Positions 1-9,668 of a stretch of 56,195 bases of DNA are shown here, piece by piece; within the stretch, counting starts at the first letter, position 1, and each line of letters starts with the position of its first letter. The position numbers were made by a program, and so were the translations under genes. Origin of the DNA: an uncultured Clostridia bacterium (GTDB taxonomy: Bacteria > Bacillota_I > Bacilli_A > RF39 > UBA660); assembly GCA_947165945.1 (NCBI GenBank), contig CAMVCF010000003.1, positions 1-56,195 of the forward strand, read 5' to 3'. Below the pieces are notes generated by a model, which was not told the origin of the DNA, ran no database searches, and worked only from the letters and a program-made list of their open reading frames with translations.

Positions 1-439
1 AATATAAAAAATTATAAATTAATTTATATTTATTTTTTAAATGATTTCTCATGTATTCAATATTATCTATTTTTTTAATCCAAAGAAAGTACCAATTAGT
101 TCTATTTAATATATTAATAGATACTCCCCTATTAAATTCTATTATATTTCTTATATTTATCTTTTCCTTAGAATTTATTTCTAATAAAATTAAACAGTAA
201 TAATTATTATCTTTTTTAGTTAAAATACTTCCCTCTTTATTTAAAATAATTTTATTTATTTTTTTATTATTAAAAATCATATAATTATTTAAACTTAAAA
301 TAGAATTTATATCTTCTAAATTACCTTTATACTTATAAAAGGCAAAAAAATAATTTTTAAAGCTAAAATAATAATCATTATTACACTTTTCTATTCGATC
401 TGGTAATAAAAAATAATAGTAATTTAATAAATCTTTCAT
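1..439 (-). CDS. YutH/CotS-like spore coat kinase-fold protein, N-terminal part (runs off the window edge; absent from the ORF track)
   Basis: Read manually: SD AGGTGA at 443-448, ATG at 439, open to position 1 (MKDLLNYYYFLLPDRIEK...NRTNWYFLWIKKIDNIEY). WxxLWxKKID resembles the YutH WxxLWxKRID motif, and a NifU gene (yutI-like) is nearby as in Bacillus. Confidence 0.65.
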   Translation of the reverse strand, partial: MKDLLNYYYFLLPDRIEKCNNDYYFSFKNYFFAFYKYKGNLEDINSILSLNNYMIFNNKKINKIILNKEGSILTKKDNNYYCLILLEINSKEKINIRNIIEFNRGVSINILNRTNWYFLWIKKIDNIEYMRNHLKNKYKLIYNFLY

Positions 440-471
440 AAATCACCTATTTAATTTTATGTCAAATAAAC

Positions 472-500
472 TTGACAAATGATTAAATATAAATTATCAT
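472..500 (+). promoter_or_regulatory. sigma-A promoter
   Basis: TTGACA (472-477), 17-nt spacer, TATCAT (495-500), upstream of SD GGAG and ATG 523. Confidence 0.7.
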
Positions 501-522
501 ACAAACTAAGGGAGAAGTAGTA

Positions 523-942
523 ATGGATAAAAAATATTATTTAGGATACTTAAGAGATCCTTTAAAAATAGTTGAAAATGGTTTTCAAGAAATAGAAGAA
601 ATAGAAGTTATTTTAATAAAAGAAAATGATTCTTTTAAAGAATTTACAACTGAATCAAATGTTTTTATTTTAAATAAAAATGAAACTGTAGATGGACATA
701 AATTATTTAACTTAAATTCCACTTTAATTGGAAGATATGGTCAAGAATTAACATTTGATGATGTAAGAGTTTATTTTAAAAAATTAGGAGTTGAAGGAAT
801 TGTAACTTATACTAATAACATTGTAACTTATACAACTAATTATTTAAAGCAACTAATAAAAAATACAAGAAAAAAAGCAATTCTTGGAGAAAAAGAATAC
901 CAAGAAGAAGTTAAAAAGTTTGAAAAAACTTATAATAAATAA
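523..942 (+). CDS. hypothetical protein
   Basis: 139-aa ORF with SD and promoter; no family recognised. Confidence 0.75.
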   Translation: MDKKYYLGYLRDPLKIVENGFQEIEEIEVILIKENDSFKEFTTESNVFILNKNETVDGHKLFNLNSTLIGRYGQELTFDDVRVYFKKLGVEGIVTYTNNIVTYTTNYLKQLIKNTRKKAILGEKEYQEEVKKFEKTYNK

Positions 943-951
943 GGAGAATTT

Positions 952-1236
952 ATGAAAGAAAAAATAGAAAATGTTTTAGATAAACTAAGACCTTATTTGA
1001 TCAATGATGGTGGAAACGTTGAATTTGTTGATTATCGTGATGGAATTTGTTATTTAAAATTTCTTGGTCATTGTGCAAACTGCTCTTTAATGTCTGTAAC
1101 TTTAGATGAAGGAATTAAAGAAGCTTTAATTAATGAAATACCTGAAGTTATAGATGTTAAATTAGTAGGAAATGATATTTTGGATGACGATGAAATTAAT
1201 TTTTTTGATGTAAACTTAGATGATGATTTTGAATAA
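952..1236 (+). CDS. NifU/NfuA-family Fe-S cluster protein (YutI-like)
   Basis: LRPYLINDGGNVEFV...GHCANCSLM, NifU CxxC motif; SD AGGAG. Confidence 0.9.
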   Translation: MKEKIENVLDKLRPYLINDGGNVEFVDYRDGICYLKFLGHCANCSLMSVTLDEGIKEALINEIPEVIDVKLVGNDILDDDEINFFDVNLDDDFE

Positions 1237-1284
1237 TTGATCATCTTTTTTTTAAATATGTGATACAATAAAAGAGGTGATTTT

Positions 1285-1980
1285 ATGAAAATTAAAAAAA
1301 TATTTTTATTTATAGGACTTTTTCTTTTATTTTTATTTAATGATTTATTTTATTTAATACCTTTATCTATTTTAAAAATAGATTATAATTCATTAAGTTA
1401 TAATACAGAGTCTATTTTATCGCTTGTTGGATCAATTTGTACAGCCTTAATTATCTTTATCATTTATCGAAAGTATTTAAAAAGTAAAATAATTGATTAT
1501 AAGGCTAATTTTAAAAAATATATGGATATAGGATTTAAATACTGGATGATTGGTCTTGTTTCAATGTTTGTGAGTAATATTTTAATTTCCTTATTTAGTC
1601 CCGTTCATGAAGCTAATAATGAGGCTTTAGTTCAAGAAATGTTAAAACAAGCTCCATTTATAACTTTTATTAGTGCAGCACTAGTTGCACCATTTCTTGA
1701 AGAAATGTTATTTAGAAAAAGTTTTGGAGATATTTTTAAAAACAAAAAAATTATGGTTATAGCAAGTGGTATATTATTTGGACTTTTACATGTAGTGTTT
1801 TCTATGGAAACTCTTTGGGATTTACTTTATGTTATACCTTATGGAATGCTTGGATATGGATTTGCATGTAGTTTAGAAAAAACTGATAATGTATATGTTC
1901 CAATGACATTTCATATAATCCATAATACAATCTTAACTCTAGCATCTATTATAATGACCTTTTTAACGGAGATTCTATGA
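1285..1980 (+). CDS. CPBP (Abi/CAAX) family intramembrane glutamic endopeptidase
   Basis: APFLEEMLFRK, FGLLH and HIIHN motifs; multi-pass hydrophobic. Confidence 0.9.
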   Translation: MKIKKIFLFIGLFLLFLFNDLFYLIPLSILKIDYNSLSYNTESILSLVGSICTALIIFIIYRKYLKSKIIDYKANFKKYMDIGFKYWMIGLVSMFVSNILISLFSPVHEANNEALVQEMLKQAPFITFISAALVAPFLEEMLFRKSFGDIFKNKKIMVIASGILFGLLHVVFSMETLWDLLYVIPYGMLGYGFACSLEKTDNVYVPMTFHIIHNTILTLASIIMTFLTEIL

Positions 1981-2831
1981 TTACTCGAAGTGAAAAAAAT
2001 AAAAAAATTCAAAAAAAAATTTTTCATGAAGAAAATCAAAAAAAACTTAGAAAATTTTCTAAAATAATTGGTAGTATTTTAGGACTTATTATACTAATTT
2101 TATTATATGGAATGTTTATCGGATCAAAAGTAGTTATTGTAAAAGAATATAAAGTAACATCAAATGAATTACCAAATAGTTTTCATGGAGTAAAAGTTGT
2201 ACATATAAGTGATATTTTATATAATAGTTTAAATGAAAAAGATCTAAATACTATTCAAAAAAAAATAAATGAATTAAAACCTGATATTATTGTTTTTACA
2301 GGAAACTTAAAAAAAGTAGAATTAGAACTTTCCAAAAAAGAAATAGAAATACTCGAAAATTTCTTTAAAGATTTAAATGCTAGTTTAGAAAAATATGCTA
2401 TTATAGGAAATAAAGATGATGATAGCTTTTATGTTATAATGGAAAATAGTAATTTTAAGGTTATGAATAATAAACAAGAAAATTTATATCGAAAAGATTC
2501 TAATCCTATTGAAATAATTGGATTTGATACTAATAATTTAAATTTTGAAAATTTAAAAAAGGAAAACTATTCTATTTGTCTTTTTTCAAATCCCGATAAA
2601 ATTAATGACATTTTAAAAAATATTTCTTGTAATCTAGCCCTTGCAGGAGAAACTCTTGGTGGTGAAATAAAACTTTTTAATAAACCATTACTTGATAATC
2701 ATAAATATAATTCAGAATACTCTAAAATTGAAAATGGTGAATTTTATATTTCAAATGGTCTTGGTAATGAAATCAATGTAAGATATTTTAATCATCCAGC
2801 AATTAATTTTTATAGACTTACTAAATATTAA
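1977..2831 (+). CDS. membrane-anchored calcineurin-like metallophosphoesterase (YkuE-like, partly degenerate motifs)
   Basis: VVHISDI, PDIIVFTGN, AIIGNKD, SNGLG; N-terminal TM helix; ATGA overlap with the upstream gene. Confidence 0.8.
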   Translation: MITRSEKNKKIQKKIFHEENQKKLRKFSKIIGSILGLIILILLYGMFIGSKVVIVKEYKVTSNELPNSFHGVKVVHISDILYNSLNEKDLNTIQKKINELKPDIIVFTGNLKKVELELSKKEIEILENFFKDLNASLEKYAIIGNKDDDSFYVIMENSNFKVMNNKQENLYRKDSNPIEIIGFDTNNLNFENLKKENYSICLFSNPDKINDILKNISCNLALAGETLGGEIKLFNKPLLDNHKYNSEYSKIENGEFYISNGLGNEINVRYFNHPAINFYRLTKY

Positions 2832-2854
2832 TACAACTTTTGTTGTATTTTTTT
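2830..2854. terminator. intrinsic terminator between convergent genes
   Basis: AATACAAC-TTTT-GTTGTATT hairpin plus T tract. Confidence 0.75.
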
Positions 2855-2873
2855 ATAAAAAAGATTTATATTT

Positions 2874-3971
2874 CTATAAATCTTCATCTATTAATTTATT
2901 ATCTTTTATATCAACAGAACTAATACTATCAAATTTTTTCTTAATCTTGTCTGTTGTATTTGAAAATGCTTCTATATCTTTATTTACTGTTATAACACTA
3001 CGAGAAAGTTTATCAAATCTTTCTTTAAATCTTGTAAATTCTACTCCTAATTTATTTAACTCTTCATGAATTATACTTGTATATTTATCTCTTTCAATGT
3101 TTTGAATAATCATTAAGATCATTGTTAAAGTAGATATTAAAGTTGTAGGACTTGTCATCCAAACTCGTTTTTTATAGGCATATTCAATTAAATCAGTATG
3201 ATATGCATTAATCTCGGCAAATATGGCTTCTGCTGGAATAAACATCATAGCTTGATCACTTGTTTCACCATCAATTATATATTTATAACTAATATCATCA
3301 ATATGCTTTTTTACATCTCCCTTAAATTTTTTATATGCAATTGTTCTTTCTTCATCACTTCTTTTTTTATCTACCATTATACGATAGTTTTCTAAAGGAA
3401 ACTTAGAATCAATTGCTATAGTTCCTAAAGGTTTAGGGGCAAAAATAACTGAATCAGCTATATATCCATTGGACATTTTTACTTGTTTTTGATATATAGA
3501 ATCATTTTTCTCTCCAAATATATTTTTTAAAATTAAATATAAATTTACTTCTCCAAATATTCCTCTTGTTTTTTTATCAGTTAAAATATTCTCAAGGGAA
3601 AGAATATCCATTGATAAATTATCTATTTTCTTTTGAGCCTCATCTATTTTTGAAAGTCTTTCTAATACATTTACAAATGTTTTATTAGTTTTTTCAAAGT
3701 TTTCATCAATTCGAGAATTTACTTTTTCATTAATTTCACTAAGTTTAACATCTAATTTATCGTTTACTTTATCAAAATTTAAAGTCATATCTTTATTTAA
3801 GTTGTCTTTCATACTATTAATTTCATTATTAATATTTATTTCAAATCTTGAAAGTCTTTCCAAAAAATCCATTGTATTTTCTTTGGGTCTTTTTAATTTT
3901 AGAAAAATAATAACATTAAAAATAATTAACAAAACTAAAAGTACGAGAATTATAATATTAAATAAATCCAT
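2874..3971 (-). CDS. rmuC: DNA recombination protein RmuC
   Basis: KTRGIFGEVNL, IDSKFPL, AMMFIPAEAIFAEI; start taken at ATG 3971 (SD GGAG; TAATG coupling with rnjB). Confidence 0.9.
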   Translation of the reverse strand: MDLFNIIILVLLVLLIIFNVIIFLKLKRPKENTMDFLERLSRFEININNEINSMKDNLNKDMTLNFDKVNDKLDVKLSEINEKVNSRIDENFEKTNKTFVNVLERLSKIDEAQKKIDNLSMDILSLENILTDKKTRGIFGEVNLYLILKNIFGEKNDSIYQKQVKMSNGYIADSVIFAPKPLGTIAIDSKFPLENYRIMVDKKRSDEERTIAYKKFKGDVKKHIDDISYKYIIDGETSDQAMMFIPAEAIFAEINAYHTDLIEYAYKKRVWMTSPTTLISTLTMILMIIQNIERDKYTSIIHEELNKLGVEFTRFKERFDKLSRSVITVNKDIEAFSNTTDKIKKKFDSISSVDIKDNKLIDEDL

Positions 3972-5617
3972 TAAATTTCTCCAACAACAGTAATAATCAT
4001 AGGACGACATTCTGTTGTTTCATAAAAATACTTTCCAAGTGTTGTTCGAATTTCTTGTTTAATATTATTATAATCAACAAAGTTTTTAGATATATTATTT
4101 TTTATAATTCTTTCAGAAATAACACTACTTTCTTTTAAAATATCTAAATTATCTTTTACATAAATGAATCCTCTTGTAAGAATTTCTGGACCAGCAATAA
4201 TTTCCTTTGTTTTCTTATCAAGAGTTGCGGTAATTATTACAATACCAGCTTCAGCTAACATTTCTCGATCTTTTAAAACAAGTTCACCAATATCATTTTG
4301 ACTCTTTCCATCAATTAAAATTTCATCTACTTTTACTTTTTTTTGATCATCAACTAATTTTCCATTTACAAAAGTAATTACATCTCCATTTTGTTTTAAT
4401 AAAATATTTTCCTTTTTAATTCCCAATTCTAAAGCAAGATTTCCATTTTCAACTTGATCTTTATAATTTCCTTTAACTGGAAAATAATACTTAGGATTCA
4501 TAAGACCTATCATTAACATAAGATCTTCTTTAGATGGATGAAATAAAAGATGATCTTTATTTGATAATGCAACAACATTAATTTTCTTTTTAGCAAATTC
4601 ATCCATGATAAGAACCATTCTTTTTTCAACTCCCATATACATAGGTTCTGTAATAAAAATGGTATCATCCGGTTTTAATTTAATATAACGATCATTATCT
4701 TTTAAGATTCGTTCTAAATTCGCATAAGGTTTTTCCTTAAGATCACTAACAAGAACAACTACTCCTCTTTCATTCAAGCTACTTAAATCTCCAATTTTGT
4801 TTTTATTAATAGTTAAATAACCTAAATCAAGAGAACGACTTATAATATCATTTAAAAGTTTTCCCATAATAACTATTTTGCGATTTGTTTTAGAAACACA
4901 ATCAAATATTTCTTGAATACGATAGATATGAGCTGGTAAGACACTCATAATAATCCTTTCTTCATTTTCATGTAGTACTTTTCGAATAAAACTATCTACT
5001 CGATGCTCTGGGGTTGTAAAGCCTGGCTTTTCAGCATACATTGATTCAGTCATTAAACACAAAACATTTTGTTTTCCAACATAAGCAAGACGTCCAATAT
5101 CACAAGAAAAATGATTTTTCATCGTTGGATCAAAAATAAAATCACCAGCATAGACAATGCTTCCATCATTTGTATTTAATACATAAAGAGTACTATCTGG
5201 AATTGAATGAGTTACTTGAAGGGGAAAAATACTATTATTACCAAAATTAATTTTTGAATTAAACTTAATTTCTCTTAGATTTTTTCCTTTAACACCATCT
5301 GTTTCAAGAGTTAATTTTAACATTTCCATAGTATACTTTGCTGCATATATAGGAATATCTGGTAAATCTATTAAAATATCAGAAATAGCTCCTATATTAG
5401 ATTCATGTCCATGAGACAAAAAGATTCCCTTTATTCTTTTTATGTTTTCTTTTAAATATTCAAAACTTGGAATGATATAATCAATTCCTAAATATCTGTC
5501 CTTCGGATATTTAAGTCCGGCATCAAATATAAAAATATCATCATCAACAGATACAACATACATATTCTTGCCATCTTCATTAAGTCCTCCAAGGGCAAAT
5601 AAATTTATTTTACTCAT
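3971..5617 (-). CDS. rnjB: ribonuclease J, J2-like paralog with a degenerate metal-binding motif
   Basis: ALGGLNEDGKNM, DAG, HGHESNIGA (J1 has HGHEDHIGA), GPEILTRGF; SD AAGGAG before ATG 5617. Confidence 0.85.
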   Translation of the reverse strand: MSKINLFALGGLNEDGKNMYVVSVDDDIFIFDAGLKYPKDRYLGIDYIIPSFEYLKENIKRIKGIFLSHGHESNIGAISDILIDLPDIPIYAAKYTMEMLKLTLETDGVKGKNLREIKFNSKINFGNNSIFPLQVTHSIPDSTLYVLNTNDGSIVYAGDFIFDPTMKNHFSCDIGRLAYVGKQNVLCLMTESMYAEKPGFTTPEHRVDSFIRKVLHENEERIIMSVLPAHIYRIQEIFDCVSKTNRKIVIMGKLLNDIISRSLDLGYLTINKNKIGDLSSLNERGVVVLVSDLKEKPYANLERILKDNDRYIKLKPDDTIFITEPMYMGVEKRMVLIMDEFAKKKINVVALSNKDHLLFHPSKEDLMLMIGLMNPKYYFPVKGNYKDQVENGNLALELGIKKENILLKQNGDVITFVNGKLVDDQKKVKVDEILIDGKSQNDIGELVLKDREMLAEAGIVIITATLDKKTKEIIAGPEILTRGFIYVKDNLDILKESSVISERIIKNNISKNFVDYNNIKQEIRTTLGKYFYETTECRPMIITVVGEI

Positions 5618-5650
5618 AAATTCTCCTTTCATAGTAGTCATTTTAAATTA

Positions 5651-6163
5651 CTACTTTTTCATATAATTAATTAGTTTATAGTTTTTAAATAAGGTATTAG
5701 CTTCTAAGTCAAATAATTCTATATTAGTTTTAGCTAAACTACAAAAAAGTTCTTTATTATTACTAGATAAAGTTGCTGTCGAAAATTCTTTTTCACATAC
5801 AAAATTTCCATCACTATAACTTCCTTTAAATAATACATTTAAGGAATCTTTATACCCAATTCTGTAAGAATAAATAAGTGATTCATCTGTAAAATCATAA
5901 GTTGCATTTAAAGAACTTGTTAATTCTTCTTGGTTTTCTTCTAATTCCATCATAAATGTATAAGTTGCTGTACTAAAAGAATATTTTTTGGTACTTGATT
6001 CTTGTTTTTCTAATAATTTTTCTATATTAGTTTTAGAATACCCTTTTTTTATTAAATAATTTTCTATTTGAGTATCCATACTAGGTGTTAATAAATAATT
6101 TATTCCAAAAATTACTCCTATAATTATTAAAGTAATAATTAAATATTTTATATACTTATTCAT
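5651..6163 (-). CDS. hypothetical protein with N-terminal membrane anchor
   Basis: 170-aa ORF, hydrophobic N-terminus, SD GGAG. Confidence 0.75.
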   Translation of the reverse strand: MNKYIKYLIITLIIIGVIFGINYLLTPSMDTQIENYLIKKGYSKTNIEKLLEKQESSTKKYSFSTATYTFMMELEENQEELTSSLNATYDFTDESLIYSYRIGYKDSLNVLFKGSYSDGNFVCEKEFSTATLSSNNKELFCSLAKTNIELFDLEANTLFKNYKLINYMKK

Positions 6164-6170
6164 AAATCTC

Positions 6171-7280
6171 CTATCTTCCTAAACTATTAATTCTATTATA
6201 TGCATCTTCCGTATAACCAAATGGATCTCCTACTTTTACAATATTTCCATTAGAATCTTTTACTAAATTTCCATTTTCATCATATTTATTTGCAAATTTT
6301 AAAAATACCCAATATTTTACTGAATCATTCATCTTATAAACTGTGTATATTTTAGTTACATTAGGAATAAAATATTCATCTGATCTGCTAACTAGATCAT
6401 CCATCTTTGTAATATCCTTAACTCCATTATTTACGAAGCAAATATCTCCTATATTTCCTGTATTATTATAACATCTCTTATTATAATTACAATTAAAACA
6501 ATCATGTTCATTTCCATATAAAGGAAGAGTTCTATTTCCATTCACTAAAACATCTCTTACAGCTTGTAATCTCTCATCTGTGCAAGAACCATTTTGTCCT
6601 TCTTCTATATGTTTTGATGCATTTGCAAACCAACCACTATTTTTTACATAATTAAATAGTCCTTTTCCATAATGCTTACTGTTAGTACCTAAAAGTTCAT
6701 ACCTATTTGCCATTAATGATGCTTCTAATTTAGATCCTTCAATTGTACCTTGTTCAGATTTTGCAACACCACAAAGTCCCTTTAACTCTTCTTCCGTTAA
6801 ATTATACTTTTGGCCAATAAAAATTGCACTTGGATCAGCCAGTCCTTGTTTTGCTAAAGCTATAGCTTGTTTATTTCTTTCATCGATATTCTCATTATAT
6901 TTCATTGTATTTGAAACATTTATTAATTCTTCATTTTTTTGATTTTCTTTATCTTGTTTTTCAATTATTCCTTTAATATTTTCTCTAGTTGCATTAGCAC
7001 TACATTCAGAATAATTAAAACTCATTCCTGATATTCCTTCCATAAAAGTAAGAAGGATATTTACAAACACTGGAACTAAAAAAACAATTATAGCAGCGGT
7101 TGATCTTTTAATTATTCTATCTCTTCCTTCTTTTTCATTTACATCAATTATTTGATGATATATATCTAAAGATAATTTTAAAATTAAAATAATTGGTACT
7201 AAAAATCTCATAATTGTAACAGCTATATTAAAAAAACTTAATATTTCTAAAAACAATACATTTTCACATAAATTAGTCAT
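6171..7280 (-). CDS. membrane-anchored protein: pilin/TrbC-like TM hairpin plus a possible SleB-like cell-wall hydrolase domain
   Basis: Two N-terminal hydrophobic helices (RFLVPIILIL; KRSTAAIIVFLVPVFVNILL); LTEEELKGLCGVAKSEQGTIEGSKLEASLMANR resembles the SleB/CwlJ N-terminal motif; SD GAGG before ATG 7280. Confidence 0.55.
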   Translation of the reverse strand: MTNLCENVLFLEILSFFNIAVTIMRFLVPIILILKLSLDIYHQIIDVNEKEGRDRIIKRSTAAIIVFLVPVFVNILLTFMEGISGMSFNYSECSANATRENIKGIIEKQDKENQKNEELINVSNTMKYNENIDERNKQAIALAKQGLADPSAIFIGQKYNLTEEELKGLCGVAKSEQGTIEGSKLEASLMANRYELLGTNSKHYGKGLFNYVKNSGWFANASKHIEEGQNGSCTDERLQAVRDVLVNGNRTLPLYGNEHDCFNCNYNKRCYNNTGNIGDICFVNNGVKDITKMDDLVSRSDEYFIPNVTKIYTVYKMNDSVKYWVFLKFANKYDENGNLVKDSNGNIVKVGDPFGYTEDAYNRINSLGR

Positions 7281-7321
7281 AACAACCTCACTCAAATACA
7301 TAAAGATTATATCATATTATC

Positions 7322-7352
7322 AAAAAAAAAGTTAGTGTTTCTAACTTTTTTT
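7322..7352 (-). terminator. intrinsic terminator
   Basis: AAAAAAAGTTAG-TGTTT-CTAACTTTTTTT. Confidence 0.75.
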
Positions 7353-7909
7353 TAATAATTATACATTCCATGAATTTTACTAATTTCTGTATCTGTTAAA
7401 TCATCAAGTATCCATTTATCATCTACTTTAGTTGCTGTTAAATTTAATGTGTAAGTAACTTTATCTTTGACATTTTTTAACTGTCCTATTTTATAATCAT
7501 TAAACTTTTCTACATCAATATTGTTATTTGAATCTAGAAATTCATTTTGATTACTTTGTAAATAAGCATTTGCATCATCAATTACTTTTTTCAAATTATA
7601 AGTTTCTATTTCTACTTCAACAACAGCTGTATCACCATCAGTTGTTTCATCTTTAATTTCATAAGATAAGTTTTGATAAAGTTTTTTTATTATATTTCGA
7701 TAATCCTCTTTTTGAGATAAAGTCATAGTTGTATCACTTAACATAGTCTCATCTAAATCATCTAAAACCTTTTTATCTAAAGTTATATAATTATTAAGTA
7801 AAGTTTCTACCCTTTTAGTTGGAGTATTCATTAAATTTGTTTCACATCCAGTAACTACTAATATTGATCCTATGATCATTAAAAAGAAAGCTAAATACCT
7901 ATATTTCAT
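7352..7909 (-). CDS. lipoprotein of unknown function
   Basis: Signal peptide with lipobox VVTGC; ATG 7909 after GGGTGA. Confidence 0.75.
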   Translation of the reverse strand: MKYRYLAFFLMIIGSILVVTGCETNLMNTPTKRVETLLNNYITLDKKVLDDLDETMLSDTTMTLSQKEDYRNIIKKLYQNLSYEIKDETTDGDTAVVEVEIETYNLKKVIDDANAYLQSNQNEFLDSNNNIDVEKFNDYKIGQLKNVKDKVTYTLNLTATKVDDKWILDDLTDTEISKIHGMYNY

Positions 7910-7953
7910 TTTATCACCCATTACTAATATGATACTTTTATAAATTTTTATAC

Positions 7954-7978
7954 AAAAAAATAGTTCAAAAGAACTATT
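7954..7978 (-). terminator. intrinsic terminator
   Basis: AATAGTTC-AAAA-GAACTATT with A tract (U tract on minus). Confidence 0.7.
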
Positions 7979-8663
7979 AATTTATGGCTTCCATAATAAC
8001 TTTATTAATAATATTATCTAAATTATCTGTTTTAGATACATTAAAATCTTTTTTTATTAAGTCAATATTATTTTCAATTAAGGATACTAATTTTTCCATT
8101 CTTGGTAATAATCTTTTATTTTCCAAATTATCAAGAATTACTTCCAAATTAGAAAGTTTTGAATACTTTCCATAATTATTACTTTTTATATATGTCTCAT
8201 ATAAATGTTTAAATGAATAAATATCTATCATATTAAATCTTTTATTTTCAAGAATTTTCATACTTGTATATAAATAATTATTTGTAATTGATTTATCAAG
8301 AATTGTTTCTCCTGAATTATTTTTTAGATTTAAATATAACTTACTATTATTTAAAACATATTCTATAATTTCTTTTACACTTACATAGTTAATACCTGCA
8401 AGCATATGCATTATTGTATCTCCAAATTTATTTTGATGATTTATATCAACCTTATCAATATACTTTAAAACTAAATCATAATATTTTTGTTTTAATAAAG
8501 CCATTACAATATTGTTGCCATCTTGATCCACTATATTAAAATCAATCTGATTTTTATCAAGTATACCCTCAATTATTTCTAACTCTCCTTCTTTTATTAA
8601 AGAGAAAATCAGGGATGGGTCCTCCGTAACTGAATTCTCTGTTTGTATAACTGAATAAAACAT
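7977..8663 (-). CDS. ankyrin-repeat protein
   Basis: Repeats DFNIVDQDGNNIVMALL, DINHQNKFGDTIMHML, NLKNNSGETILD. Confidence 0.8.
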   Translation of the reverse strand: MFYSVIQTENSVTEDPSLIFSLIKEGELEIIEGILDKNQIDFNIVDQDGNNIVMALLKQKYYDLVLKYIDKVDINHQNKFGDTIMHMLAGINYVSVKEIIEYVLNNSKLYLNLKNNSGETILDKSITNNYLYTSMKILENKRFNMIDIYSFKHLYETYIKSNNYGKYSKLSNLEVILDNLENKRLLPRMEKLVSLIENNIDLIKKDFNVSKTDNLDNIINKVIMEAIN

Positions 8664-8705
8664 AAACCCTCCTTCGTTACGAGCTAATATTTTACCAAAG
8701 TATAT

Positions 8706-9368
8706 TTAATTTGTCAAATTACTAATACTTTTTTTACCATTACATAAACTAAGAAGTTCATATAATTTGAAATGTTTATTAGTTACTTGATCTTTTAAAG
8801 AATATATTAGATCCTGATACATTTTTTCTATATCATTTTCTAATTTATTAAAATATTCAAAATATAAATACTTAAGTTTTAAATTATCTTTTTCTTTATA
8901 AATTTTTTTTAGTTCATTTTCTATTTCTTTTTTAATAGTTATTTCTTTTCTTGTAAAAAACAAATTAATTACTTTACTTTCTATTATATTATATTCAATT
9001 TCTAAAAAATGACACCTTGAAGAAATATTAATAGTATCTTCTTCTTCATCTAGTAATAAGTCACTTATTTTAGATAAAGTATAGTCATCATTTATAAAAA
9101 CTCCTACTACCTGATAAGTATCCGTAAATAAACAAGTATATTTTAAAACTTTAATTTTCCTATCAAATACTTCTGTTTTATTTTCTATTAATTTACAAAA
9201 ATTTTCTTTAAAAGAAATTTTATTGGACAATAAATCTTCCATCATACTTGTTTTAATTTTAAAAACAGGAATTCTTTTTATGTGAAGAATATTATCTTGT
9301 TTTTCCCATTCATAAAATTCGTAGAAAGATTCATTAAAATTCAACAAAATATCATATATGTATATCAT
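8706..9368 (-). CDS. DUF3603 (YjbA-like) family protein
   Basis: MIYIYDILLNF...FYEWEKQDNILHIKRIPVFKI N-terminal signature. Confidence 0.7.
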   Translation of the reverse strand: MIYIYDILLNFNESFYEFYEWEKQDNILHIKRIPVFKIKTSMMEDLLSNKISFKENFCKLIENKTEVFDRKIKVLKYTCLFTDTYQVVGVFINDDYTLSKISDLLLDEEEDTINISSRCHFLEIEYNIIESKVINLFFTRKEITIKKEIENELKKIYKEKDNLKLKYLYFEYFNKLENDIEKMYQDLIYSLKDQVTNKHFKLYELLSLCNGKKSISNLTN

Positions 9369-9567
9369 TTCTTCTCCTCCAAAAAATAGATAAAATTATA
9401 AAAATAAAACCTAATACCAAAAGTAAACACTCAATTCTTGTTGATACAAATTTTAAATATTCCAAAAAACTATATCCAATTGTTAAATAATTTAAATATA
9501 ATATTAAATACATTGATCCTATTATACTAAAACCAAATCCAATTAAAAAGAGAAAAAAACGTATCAC
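9352..9567 (-). CDS. small conserved Bacilli membrane protein
   Basis: FLIGFGFSIIG...LYLNYLTIGYSFLEYL, two TM segments; overlaps the next gene. Confidence 0.7.
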   Translation of the reverse strand: MIRFFLFLIGFGFSIIGSMYLILYLNYLTIGYSFLEYLKFVSTRIECLLLVLGFIFIILSIFWRRRNDIHI

Positions 9568-9630
9568 ATTTCACCAATACATTTTATTTTTCTATCATTA
9601 ATATTATGACTTAAAATAGATATTTTATTC

Positions 9631-9663
9631 AAAAAAAATTATAAAACAAATTGTTTTATAATT
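9631..9663 (-). terminator. intrinsic terminator
   Basis: AATTATAAAACA-AAT-TGTTTTATAATT with A8 tract. Confidence 0.75.
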
Positions 9664-9668
9664 CTATA

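Noticed and set aside
799-833. 14-nt direct repeat ATTGTAACTTATAC at 21-nt spacing
   Set aside because: Small in-frame duplication (IVTYT twice) within a hypothetical gene; no further structure
3971-5617. Degenerate catalytic motif in RNase J as a novelty or pseudogene
   Set aside because: The same kind of degeneration is known for RNase J2 in Bacillus and relatives, and the ORF is intact
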